A stretch of DNA of 64,000 nucleotides from the NCBI RefSeq assembly GCF_036321535.1, contig NC_087436.1, positions 80,168,001 through 80,232,000 of the forward strand, in the 5' to 3' direction. Source of the DNA: Camelus dromedarius (Eukaryota). How positions within the stretch are numbered: the first letter of the stretch is position 1; each line of letters starts with the position of its first letter. The notes under the pieces were generated by a model. That model was not told the DNA's origin and made no database searches. It was given only the letters and a program-made list of their open reading frames with translations. The translations under genes and the position numbers were made by a program. Of the stretch, positions 25,240-35,885 are shown piece by piece.

Positions 25240-25365
25240 TTCTTTTTTTAGTAGGGGCAGGTAATTATGTTCATTTATTTATTTATTTAATGGAGGTACT
25301 GGGGATTGAACCCAGGACCTTGTGCATGCTAAGCAAGCATTCTACCACTGAGCTATACCCTCCCC
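25240..25365 (-). mobile_element. tRNA-Ala-derived SINE (camelid Vic-1-like)
   Basis: Minus strand reads ggggagggtatagctcagtggtagaatgcttgcttagcatgcacaaggtcctgggttcaatccccagtacctcca followed by (taaa)n; Pol III A and B boxes present. Confidence 0.85.
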
Positions 25366-26124
25366 AATATTATTGTTTATTATGAGCTTTTTAATCCATT
25401 TTAAGTCCTGACATCATATTGCCAACACAAACTAGACCAACTATGCATAGACACCTATATGACTGAACATCATCACTCAATCAAATGTAAAGGAGGTCTG
25501 TTATCTGGGTCTCCTAATTAATAGTCTAGAACCCTCCAGGACTTAACAGTTATTTCCCACTGCAGTAAACTGAGAAGACGTGTAAAGAACAAAGGATGAT
25601 CTAAGTACATGCATAATATTTATTAATAGCTAGACCCTTGGACCAAAGCCTTCTGTGCTCTTACTATGATGAACTGGGCTAGACCATGTAGGACCCTGTG
25701 GATTCATTCTGCTATTTTAGCTTAAGACTTAACTAGAAACAGAACAAAGAGCCATCCTCTTGCCCAGTTTCACCCATACCCCATAGCTGATCTTGGCCAC
25801 CCAGACGTAACATTATGAGAAGGTAGGTAAACAATACAGCACCACCCCTTCTTCCAAAGGCCTAGTGTGGAATCCTCCTAAGCTTCTTCTCAACGTTTCC
25901 TTCTCCTTGAGCCCCAGCCTGGCCCAGCTTAGCCTTCCAAGAGTGGAGGCATCCCCTAAGTGGAAGATACCTAGAAGCTCCATCTTAACCCACAAGTTTC
26001 ATGGGGCCAAGAGAAAAGAGAACTTCAAAGAAAGGTCCAAGGAGAGTGCACAGCCTGCATGTAATTTTCTTTGCAGTACTTTCTTCTTTTCTACTAAAAA
26101 TTCCATTTAACTGTGTTTCTTTTG

Positions 26125-26172
26125 ATGTGTGTGTGTGTGTGTGCATCTGTGTGTATATGTGTGTGTGTGTGT
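26125..26172. repeat. Interrupted (TG)n microsatellite
   Basis: Directly visible. Confidence 0.9.
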
Positions 26173-27422
26173 AATTGATGGGAATGTGGAGCTCCTCCTA
26201 GTGGTTAGAGTACACGGTCATCAGGATCAAAACTAAAGTCTTAACTTTGCTGTTTTCACTAGTTGTTCATTTAGCAATAATTGAAAGGCAATAAAATTGA
26301 GAGTCTAAGAAAGTGATATTAAAAAGGAAGTGAGAGAACGACTAAGGATGCAATGGTGGTTCTCTATTTTTGCAAGAAAAACTGGGAATATCAGTCAGGC
26401 CAATGGAAACACTGAGTGATAGGTGGATAATTTTGGAAAATCAACATGTAAGGCTAAAAAAGCCCTCCTTCCAAACTATAAAATATGATAATCCCAGCAG
26501 TGAGTCAAGATTATATCCATGCTTTGTCCTAGGAATTGATAAAAACACTAACATTTATAGGCACTCACCAAACATACTACTTGTTGAATTTGTTGAATAA
26601 TTGGCCTGGAAAGTGAAACCTTCCTTAAGGATTGGATCTGATTCATAAGATCCTTCTTTTCTAGTGTATTTGGAAGTTTTCTTGTCTTAATGACTATTCG
26701 GAGTTATCCATAGGTAAAGTTCCCATGGAGAAAATGACTGAATTTTGAGCTACTTTAAAAAGCAACAGTTTTAGACACAAAAATACATATAGTATATGGC
26801 CTGAAGGTCCCAAGGGGCAGGAAAATCCACAGAGCCCATGACAACTTAATAGACAATTTAATATGATTTGATGAATGTTAAAAAGCTAAATCTAAATGTT
26901 TCCTTCACAAGATTATTCTGTCTAACATTTCCTTGGATTCATTGCTAACAACCTTTCAAAATCATATGCATTTCCTTACATATTAACTTTTGACCAATTG
27001 GCTATTCATATTAAGATAGAATATAGGATTGTTTGAGGAGCAGTTTATTTTAATTATAGCAGATACATTTTATTCTAAACACTGCAAATTATATTGTGAT
27101 GAATGGTGCACTACACTGTCTTGTAGAGGAATTACAAATTCAGATCAAACAGTTTTTATGTTTTTATAATACAAGGTTAGTAAAAAGACTTACCAAATAA
27201 AATTTACTTTAGCATTAGTGAATTTGATATTTGTGATTTTAACTGTTTTTTAGAACTGTCACAAGTCTAAGGTGTGTAATAATTTTAAATTTTGCTAAAG
27301 TAAGCACTTGAATCAAACTTTGTTGAGGCAGTAAGGTAGTAGCAACTCACTTAGTATATGCAGACCGTGAGACTCTAGGTGGAGCTTTGTTCTATGCTTG
27401 TTTTCACATGTACAGAGTTTCT

Positions 27423-27757
27423 TGTAAAAGTAATGAAACAAGGAGGCCACTGGCCTGGAGTGGCTGTAGTGCCTAGTGGTCTGCGTGAGCAGACCAAAAC
27501 CTAAGCTGCATCAACGCATTTGAATTTGAGAAAATGAAACTTCAGAGCAACCAATGACAAACAGCCAACTAGGCTTTCCCAAATAAAGCAACAATCTACA
27601 GACAATCAAATAATTTTCTTGCTTCGCTTCCCCAGCTCCTATCAGTGGTGAGCTTCTAACTCACCTTTGGTTTGGCACTGAAACTCCGCATCAATGTATG
27701 TTCAAATTAACTCTTGAAAAAAAAAAATGTTAATATGCCTCAGTTTACCTTTTAATA
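27423..27757 (+). mobile_element. Solo LTR, ERV1-like
   Basis: Starts tgtaaaag and ends ttttaata (CA to TA change); 4-bp TSD ttct at 27419-27422 and 27758-27761; internal CCAAT-like 'accaatgacaaacagccaac'. Confidence 0.65.
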
Positions 27758-27965
27758 TTCTTAGGACAGAACTGAAATCCCTTAAGGAATCACTTAAGGT
27801 TTTCTGTTCTAATAAAAATGAGGAATGCACAAGTCTCTAGACATATCACTCAAAGAAAGCGTAACTTTAGTTTTAATTTAGATAATTTGTCTATAAACAG
27901 ACTCACAGTCAATAATTAAATGACAAATATTGATTGGTGGATACTGTATATTAGAGAACATTAAA

Positions 27966-28309
27966 AACAGAAACAAACTCACAGACATAGAAAAACTTAT
28001 GGTTACTGGGGGAAACGAAGAGGGTGGAGGGATAAATTAGGAGTTTGGGATTTACAAATACTAACTACTATATATAAAACAGATTAAACAACAAGGTCCT
28101 ATCGTATAGCACAGGGATCTATAGTCAGTATCTTGTAATAGCCAATAATGAAAAAGAATATGAAAAGGAACATATATATACAATATATATGCATATATAT
28201 AACTGAATCACTATGCTTATACACCAGAAATTAACACAAAATTGTAAACCAACTGTACTTTAATTTAAAAAAAAAGAAATGAACCATAAGTTTTACAAAT
28301 CAAAAAAAG
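27966..28309 (+). mobile_element. 5'-truncated L1 3' UTR with double A-tail
   Basis: Typical artiodactyl-type L1 3' UTR; 13-bp TSD agagaacattaaa at 27953-27965 and 28310-28322. Confidence 0.9.
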
Positions 28310-28429
28310 AGAGAACATTAAATAAGTTAATCTCTGCAGTCATGAAATCTTAGCTGAAACCCCAAAGCTAAAAAAATAGGCAATAAGTACCCTCACAATC
28401 TAAAAAGAGGAAATAATCACCTCAAGGCC

Positions 28430-29410
28430 AGTCTTGCTAAACGCCTAGCAACCAGAGCTATCAAACCCTATCACTAGAACCTACTCTCAATTCCCCCAAG
28501 AGATGTTTACCAGGCTACAAAATTTTTAACCCCAGGGTTGCCACAGGACCAAGAGAAGGCCCAGGAGAAATCAGCATGTCTCCTAGAGCCTGAGGAATTC
28601 TTAAGGAATCATGAATTTAGAGACTGGTATCTGCTTCTTACTTGGTGAATTTGGAAGACAGAAAGCAGTCTACGTATGCCAACTATGGCAAGGAAAGGGG
28701 AAAAAGCAGCAATTGGGCAAACTACACTCCTAGGGTTTTACATAAGCCAGGTGGATGCTGTTGAATGAAACTGGATTCAAGCATGGCCTCCTGGAGTGAG
28801 CAGATCTCAGAAGTAAATGTCTGCTGCAGGAGCTGAATTTAAGAGCAGGAAGTGAAAGGAAAGTCACCAGAGATATGCCTGAAAGTACATGGTTCCCATC
28901 AAGGAAATGGGCAGATCCCCACAGAAGGGTTCTAAAGAGCCCGTAAATGCCCCCTTTGAGAGCCCCAGCAAGTGGATGCCTGGCACTCCAGAGCACCATG
29001 GCAGAATCATACCACCAGACCCTCACCCACACCTCTGCTCCCTTTATCTTTCTTCCCTCCTCCCCTATCCAACCCTGAAAGTAGCAGAAGCATCGGGATT
29101 AGAGACAGAGGTGTGAGAGAGCCAGGAGGAAAAGTGAAGTCATACGCCAGTCCCCCTTCCTCACTCAGGCTCCTGTGCCACAAGCCAGACCTGAGCTAGG
29201 AGAAGCAGGCAAGCCTGGGACTGGATGTGAAATACAAGTTTTTGAATATACCAGACCGGACTTTTTAATAGCTGAAAAATATCCAGATTACTAAAAATTA
29301 GTGTTCTTATAATTAAAAAAACAAAAAAGCTATGAGACCTATCCAAAATGTCAAGGGGCAGGGAAGGAAAAACTGGATGAATGGCAGTAGCTGGAAGAAA
29401 ACAAAGCCCC
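28430..29410 (+). mobile_element. Ancient LTR, possibly LTR78-like
   Basis: 'ggatgtgaaatacaagtttttgaatataccagaccggactttttaatagctgaaa...aagctatgagacctatccaaaatgtca' resembles the recalled LTR78 3' part; boundaries uncertain. Confidence 0.45.
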
Positions 29411-29580
29411 TTCAGTAAACCCACGATTTGCGGAGAACACTGTACTAGACATAGCAGGAAATACAAGATGCACCTGATATAAATCCAACCTTTAGAAATC
29501 TTACAGTCCAGCAAGAAAGGGAAGACATATTCACAAATAACTCCAATACAGCAAGGAACATTCATGGGCTACGGGAAAGG
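29410..29580 (-). mobile_element. L2 fragment
   Basis: 'acactgtactagacatagcaggaaatacaagatg...cttacagtccagc...aaataactccaatacagcaagg'. Confidence 0.55.
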
Positions 29581-29859
29581 TAAAAACGGTGTCACTGCAC
29601 AGCCAATTCTGTTTCTCTCCAAATGAATTTGATCACAACTCTCTACCTCTTCTGCTCAAAACTCTAAAGAAAAGTCCTATCCTAGGCTGAGAAAAAGAAT
29701 TGGGGTGAAACACAGACAAAATTAATTGCTTGTTTATTTATTACAAAAGATTTTGGTAGAAGAGCTTTAAATATTAGGGCAAAATGAGTTTTAGATTTTA
29801 ATTATCTATTTCTTTTAGCCATAAAAATTCTATCCCTTGTCACCACAAATAATTGAGTT

Positions 29860-30600
29860 GTGTCTGAAAGAGAAATAAGTACTATAACTATTGGAAAGTC
29901 AGGGGTGGGAAGCAAAATTATTGCTACCTACAAGTAACAGTAGTGTGAATACTTACAAAACCTAAGAAAACCAACCGAAAAAAATGATACATCAGTATGA
30001 GAGTTCGGTAAAGTAGTTAGACTTTTTTTTAAATAAGTATAGCCTATGTAATACCGATAAACAGCCAGTAAATACAATGGGGAAAAGTTAACATACTGTT
30101 GATGGAGGTTATCCAGAGGACGGGACCTCCCATTGACCTACAAGCTGGACCAGGCAGTCCCAGGCTCCTAGCCCCCTCCCCATCCTTGGAACGTAGTTCT
30201 GCCCACCGTTCCCACAGTGCAAGCCATTTTCAAGGACACATCCTTGAGACAGCACTGTGGTGTTGAGATCATCTGGATGGTATATGTGACGATGGAAACC
30301 GTTTAAGGTCTCTATATAAACTTTTAAGATTCCATTGGGCAGGTGTGGTGATTTACTTGACTTGGGGCCACCCAAGACAAGCCTCCTGTGTAAGCTCCCT
30401 TGTTTGTTGAACCTGCCACCTTCCAATCTGGAGTGGCTGCCTCTTTCTTCGGTCTCTCCTTGCCTTCTGTGTACTGGGGCCAGTTTACAAACCAACACAT
30501 ACACGGTACCCAGTGTATAAAAGATCTAGGAATCACACTAGTAAAATCTGCTGGACCTCTATTTTTAAAAACTACATATTTTCTTCTGAGACAATATTTT
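29860..30600 (+). mobile_element. Diverged L1 ORF2 fragment interrupted by an LTR
   Basis: 'aagcaaaattattgcta...aaaacctaagaaaaccaacc...gagagttcggtaaagtag...aaaagatctaggaatcacactag'. Confidence 0.5.
30097..30497 (+). mobile_element. Solo LTR (401 bp, 5-bp TSD; ERVL-class likely)
   Basis: Inverted termini TGTTG...CAACA; TSD catac at 30092-30096 and 30498-30502; TATA-like 'ctatataaac' near 30312. Confidence 0.85.
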
Positions 30601-32227
30601 GAAAGTAACAAGCTATTGCACTGGTGGCAATTTTGTGTACCATTTAACCTGGAATCAACAGACTGTCAGAACAAGATATGTGACACATGCTAAGACATGA
30701 CCCAATCAATGGAGGTGCATAAAACAGGCTACTTCTCTGAGTGGTACCTGCTATTTGCAGTTCTGCTACACTTTATGTCTGAGTAACACATGAATTCTGA
30801 GAAATATGATTTTTCACAATTCACATCAAAAAGGACAAAATATATAACATGGTGGGTTTATCACTGTAAACACTGTTTTATTGAATATATTTCTGACAAA
30901 AGAGAACTTCCACTTTGATGAGAACCAAATTTGCCACTTAGAATTTTTACATGATTGACAATTGGAAGGATTTTCTATAGACTTGCCTCCAGCTCTGCAT
31001 ATTTTAATCCTTCTTTCTCCTCCACTACTCACATACTTCCAGAGTCAGGGGCTCTGGGACATGTTCACGCTGAGGTATGATCTCTGGCCTTGCACACAGG
31101 ATATCCACGCACCAGGCTACAAGAGTAGCCCTGGAAGGCTCTCCTGTCCCGGGGCTGCTGGGAGTAATGACTATATGGAAGCTACTCTGAACCTCAGCAT
31201 GTATTGCACTAAACTCTAAATGATTCCCCAGATCAACCGCCCCTTACCAAAAATGTCTGAAGGGCACTGTAATGGGAAGCAAGTCGATGTGGAGCAAGGA
31301 ACAGGATTTGGAATTTTTAACTGATGGAAGTTAAAACACCTTAATTGTGTCTAGCATCATAACTATTTCTGGATGAGTAAAAACAGAATTTTCCTTTTTG
31401 CAGAATATGAACTTCTTGCCTCAATTCCTCCTACAGTTGGGAAAAAAGGCAAGGTAATGATGGTATTTGTATTGGCCCAGGATGTTCTTGCTGAGCCAGG
31501 CTGTCATTATGTTCTTGGTGACAGTGATTTTTATACCACGGTGCGGATCGTTCCATTTTCTTGTGTAATTTTTTCCACCTACTCAATAAAAACAGCTTGC
31601 CTCTTCTAAAATGTAGTAAAATTTTAAAAGCTCTGGTCTTTTCTTACCTGATCTTGACACCCTTCAATCTGAAAACAAGAAATAGAATAGCATTCCAGAA
31701 TCCCATACACTTTTCACAGTAAATAATACTTTTCCTAAAACCAAAATCAGAGCAGACACACAGCCCTAGTTTGGAAGGCTGGACCTGTAGCCCCACAACC
31801 TGTTTCTCTTGTAAATAATCCTCAAGGGATAAAATGGCGGAAAGAAAGGACAGAATGCATCTAGTTGGCAACTCATTCAGACAAAGAAATCCCCAAATTT
31901 ATTCTCCTTACACACTCAATCTTGCTGTCCAGAAAGTCTCATCCAGTTTCATGGCTTCAAACACCACCAATACTCCAATGACTCTAAGCTCTGTCCTGGA
32001 ACTTTTTCCTAAGCTCAAGATCCATTTAACCAATTCCCATAGATCATTATAACTTGGATACAATATGTCCTAAACATTGTATCCAAGAATCCTGCATAAG
32101 GGGACAATATATCATTGTCCCTTTCAAATTTGCTTCTCAAAAAAGTGTCACCCTGTCAGCGAATGGCTTTACATCCACTCATTTGTTCAAACTAGAAACC
32201 TAAATGCCACGATAGATTCCGCCATTC

Positions 32228-33332
32228 CTGTGGTGAGCTGAAGCCAGTTCCCATCAACTTGCAAAAAGCACTTGTGCAAATCTCACTCCAACTCCTCATT
32301 CTGCAATGTCATATTGGTAACTTGAAAGTGGCCCTGGTGACTGGCATCAAAAAGACAAGAGATAACAAGTGTTGGCAAGGATGTGGAGAAAAGAGGACCC
32401 TTGTGCACTATTAGTGGGAGTGTAAATTAGTACAGCCCCTAAGAAAAACAGTATGGATGTTCTTCAAAGAATTAAAAATAGAATACCACATGATCCAGCA
32501 ATCCCACTTCTGCGTATATATCCCACTTCTGGGTATACATCCAAAGGAAATGAGAAAAGAGTCTCAAAGAGATATCTGCACCCCCTGATCACTGTAGTAT
32601 TATTTATAGTAGCCAAAATATGGGAAGAACCTAAATGTCCATAAACAGATGAATAAATAAAGATGTGGTGTACATATAAAATGGAATATTATTCAACCAT
32701 GAGAAAGAAAGAAATCCTGCCATTTTTGGCAATTTGGATGAACCCTGAAGGCATTATGCTAAGTGAAATAAGTCAGACAGAGAAAGGCAAATATTGTATT
32801 GTACTGTATCACTAATATGTGGAATCTAAAAGAGCCAAACTAAAAAAGAGGAAGAGAGTATACTCGTGGTTACCAGGAGCAGGAGGGTGGAGGGAGATAC
32901 TGGTCAAAGGGCACAAACTTCCATTTATAAAATTAACAAGTTCTGGGGATCTAATGAACAGCATGGGGATTATGGTAATAATATGTATTATATGCTTGAA
33001 AATGGCTAAAGAGTAGATCTTAAATGTTCTCACTACAAAAAAGAAATGGTAACCATGTGACTAAGTGCAAGTGTTAGCTAAGGCCATGCTGGTCATCATT
33101 TTGCAACATATAAATGGATCAAATCAATACATTGTATGCCTTAAACTTAAATAATATGTCAATTATATTTCAATAAATCTGGAAAAAAATTAAAGTTGAG
33201 AATCAAAAAAAAAAAAAGAAAGAAACTGGCCATGATGGGAATACTTGCACCATTGAAATTGGCAAATGATAAAACTGAGGCTTTTTTTTCTCCTGGAGAG
33301 TCATTTGTTAAACATTTATCAGGACACCACTG
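32228..33332 (+). mobile_element. MER63-like hAT-Blackjack MITE, split by an L1
   Basis: Left end 'ctgtggtgagctgaagccag', internal 'ttggtaacttgaaagtggcc', right end 'ggagagtcatttgttaaacatttatcaggacaccactg'. Confidence 0.75.
32340..33221 (+). mobile_element. 5'-truncated L1 (ORF2 C-terminus + 3' UTR + A tail)
   Basis: ORF 32453-32644 'PHDPAIPLL...LFIVAKIWEEPKCP'; poly(A) tail; degenerate 16-bp TSD at 32324-32339 and 33222-33237. Confidence 0.9.
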
Positions 33333-33934
33333 CCATCTTCCAATCAGTAACCAGTTATTAAACCATTGTGTCACTTACTCCACTTCAAAATATTTCTAGG
33401 GTGCATCAACTTCTCTGTAAGCCCACGGCCATTATCCACATTCAGGCCGTCAGTACCTTCTCTGTGGACTGCAATCTCCCTACTTCCAGTCTTGCATGCC
33501 TGTAATCCATTTGCCATGCAGCAGCAAAAGTGACCCTTCGAAAATGCAGACCTGATCATGTGACTTTTGGCCAATGCAATGTTAGCAGATGTGATGCAAA
33601 CAAAGACTTGAAGTGTCTCAAAACATCTTGAGGTCAAAGGTTTTTCTGAGAGCAGCTGCCTTGATTTAGAAGTCCATGATCTTTATCATAAAGAAGCTGT
33701 TTCTACAGAGAGGCCTTATCCTAAGATCAAAATTATTCTGAAAATGACTCCCCTTGAATCTTCCCAAAATACTTTTAAGAAAGATAAATGAGGTTCCTAG
33801 GTTGTGAAACTTAATTCTTTGAATGAACTGCATTATATTTTTGTCAAATTTGAATAAGCGTATTTTCCTTCCTGAAGCATAAATATCTCAGTTTAAGGAA
33901 GGAAACCTATAACTCCTATTAGAAAGGGCCTTTT

Positions 33935-34150
33935 AATTTCATCCATTCATTCAAGAAACAACAGTCATTGGGTATTTTATTATGTGCCAAGCACTGGGCT
34001 AAGATATAATAGTGAAGTGACAAGTAAGTGATTACAGGGTGATAAATGCAATGAAAGAAGTTCATGCACACAGCAGAAACCATAGGAGATGCACCCAATT
34101 CCAGTTAGAGATGAGAGAAGGGAAGAAGGGGAGTGGCTGGAGATGTGAGT
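33935..34150 (-). mobile_element. L2 3' fragment
   Basis: 'ttcatccattcattcaagaaac...tatgtgccaagcactgggctaag...gtgataaatgcaatg'. Confidence 0.65.
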
Positions 34151-34199
34151 ACAGCCCACATCTTGAAGTTCAATTCTACTTCAGCATCTCTGTGCTTAC

Positions 34200-35280
34200 A
34201 TTCTGAAATAATTTCAAATTTACTGATAAGCTTGAAATAATTTGAAGTTTAGGAACAGTACAAAGAAATTCCATACACCCTTCACCCATATTCACCAACT
34301 GTCAGCATGTCACCACATTTGTTTTGCCATTTTGTGTATGGACGTGGGAGGGGCGTATTTTTTCTGAAGCATCTGTGAGTAAATTGCAGACATGATCCCT
34401 TTTCACCAATAAACACATTGGTATGTACTTCCTGAGAACAAAGACATTTTCTACCATAATCAATGATCAAAATCCAGAGAGTAACACTGACTTAATGCTA
34501 TTATTTAATCTGCAAAAGTCATCCCTGTAATGTTCTTTATAGGGGAAAAAAAATCTCTGATCAGGTATCACACGTGGCACTTAGTTGCCATGTCTCTTTA
34601 GTCTCATTAATATCTGGAATGGTTCCTCAGTCTACGTTTCTCTTTCATTACCTTGACCATTCTTTTTTTAAACTGGCCAAGTTATTTTGAAGAAGCCCTT
34701 CAATTCGGTTTTATCTGAGAATTCCTCACGATTAGACTAAGGTTACACAATTTCTGGCGGTATTAAAGCATTGGTGGTGTTATGTCCATTTCAGAGCGTC
34801 AGATTAAGAAGAATATATTGGTCTGCACCATTGCTGTGATATTAACTTTCATCACTTGGTTGCTCCACTATAAAGTTCCTATTTTCCCTTTGTAATTAAT
34901 AAATGTTTTGCAGAAAGATACTATGGGACTACATAAAAATCCTGTTCTTCATCAAATTTTTACCAACTAGTTTTAACATTTATTGATGATTCTTGCAGGG
35001 ATCAATATCGCCACGACATTTGCCAAGTGGTCATTCTCTAACTCCCTCATTCCTTCTACATGTATCAGTTAGCTTTCTACTCTGATGAAGCTTTTCCTTT
35101 TTCCCCATTTATTTCTATCAGTGAAGTTTTATGACTTCCTGTATTACTCAGTGGATAAAAGGCCATTATATCATTTAGATGTTCAAATCCTCCCAGCAGG
35201 GGCCATATAGCACTTTTATAAAATAATAAACCCCCCAAATCGTATAATGAGTGAGCTTTCATTAAATGTCCTGTCCAATG
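34200..35280 (-). mobile_element. L1MC-like 3' region
   Basis: 'aacagtacaaagaaattccatacacccttcaccca...gtaaattgcagacatgat...agttgccatgtctctttagtctc'. Confidence 0.75.
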
Positions 35281-35359
35281 CTAGCTTTGAAAGAACCTAC
35301 TGTGGGACTATCTCTGGCATTCTTTCTTATGTTTGTCATTGGTGTGCATTCATCAAAAT

Positions 35360-35590
35360 CAATAATAAATCACGGGCTAAATCTATTAAGAATTTACTAT
35401 GTGCTAGAAATACTGCTAAGCACTTCCCATGCATTACCTCACTTAATCTTAAAAAAGAAAAACCCAAAACTGATATTATTTGTATAATATCTATTTCACA
35501 ACTGGGGAAACAGTAATAGCCAGGAAATGGGAAGCTAGAATTTGAACCCAGGAATCTCTGCCTCCAGAGATTTTATTCTCTGAGCTATGC
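35360..35590 (-). mobile_element. MIR SINE
   Basis: 'ttactatgtgctagaaatactgctaagcacttcccatgcattacctcacttaatc...agctagaatttgaacccagg'. Confidence 0.75.
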
Positions 35591-35679
35591 TTTGATCTGA
35601 GACTCCTAAAGGGGAGAGAGAGACCATACCTGGTAAACACCCAAACGCTACTTCCTCGCACTTCCTTCTGCATTTAGAA

Positions 35680-35885
35680 GGTCAGCCTAGTGTAGACCTG
35701 AGAGCACAGACTCTAGAGCGAGGCTGCCTGGATTAGGATTCATGCTCTTCCATTCATTCAGTTTCTTCCCATCTGAAAGAGAGGTGGTCATGAGAACATG
35801 TCACAAAATCATTTTGGGAACTGAAAGGGATCTGCAGGTAGAGCACTTGGCATGGCAACTTGGCACATAATAGGCAAATAACATT
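35680..35885 (+). mobile_element. MIR SINE
   Basis: 'gagcacagactctagagcgaggctgcctgg...cagtttcttcccatctgaaag...agcacttggcatggcaacttggcacataatagg'. Confidence 0.7.

Larger units (their letters stand above)
31900..33565 (+). mobile_element. L2 fragment hosting MER63 and L1 insertions
   Basis: 'ctcatccagtttcatggcttcaaacaccacc...caaactagaaaccta' continues after 33333 to 'aaaatgcagacctgatcatgtgact'. Confidence 0.7.

Noticed and set aside
25294..25365. tRNA-Ala-like gene
   Set aside because: The stems are mismatched, it has a SINE-type tail, and a second diverged copy with a TSD exists, so it is a SINE head rather than a functional tRNA.
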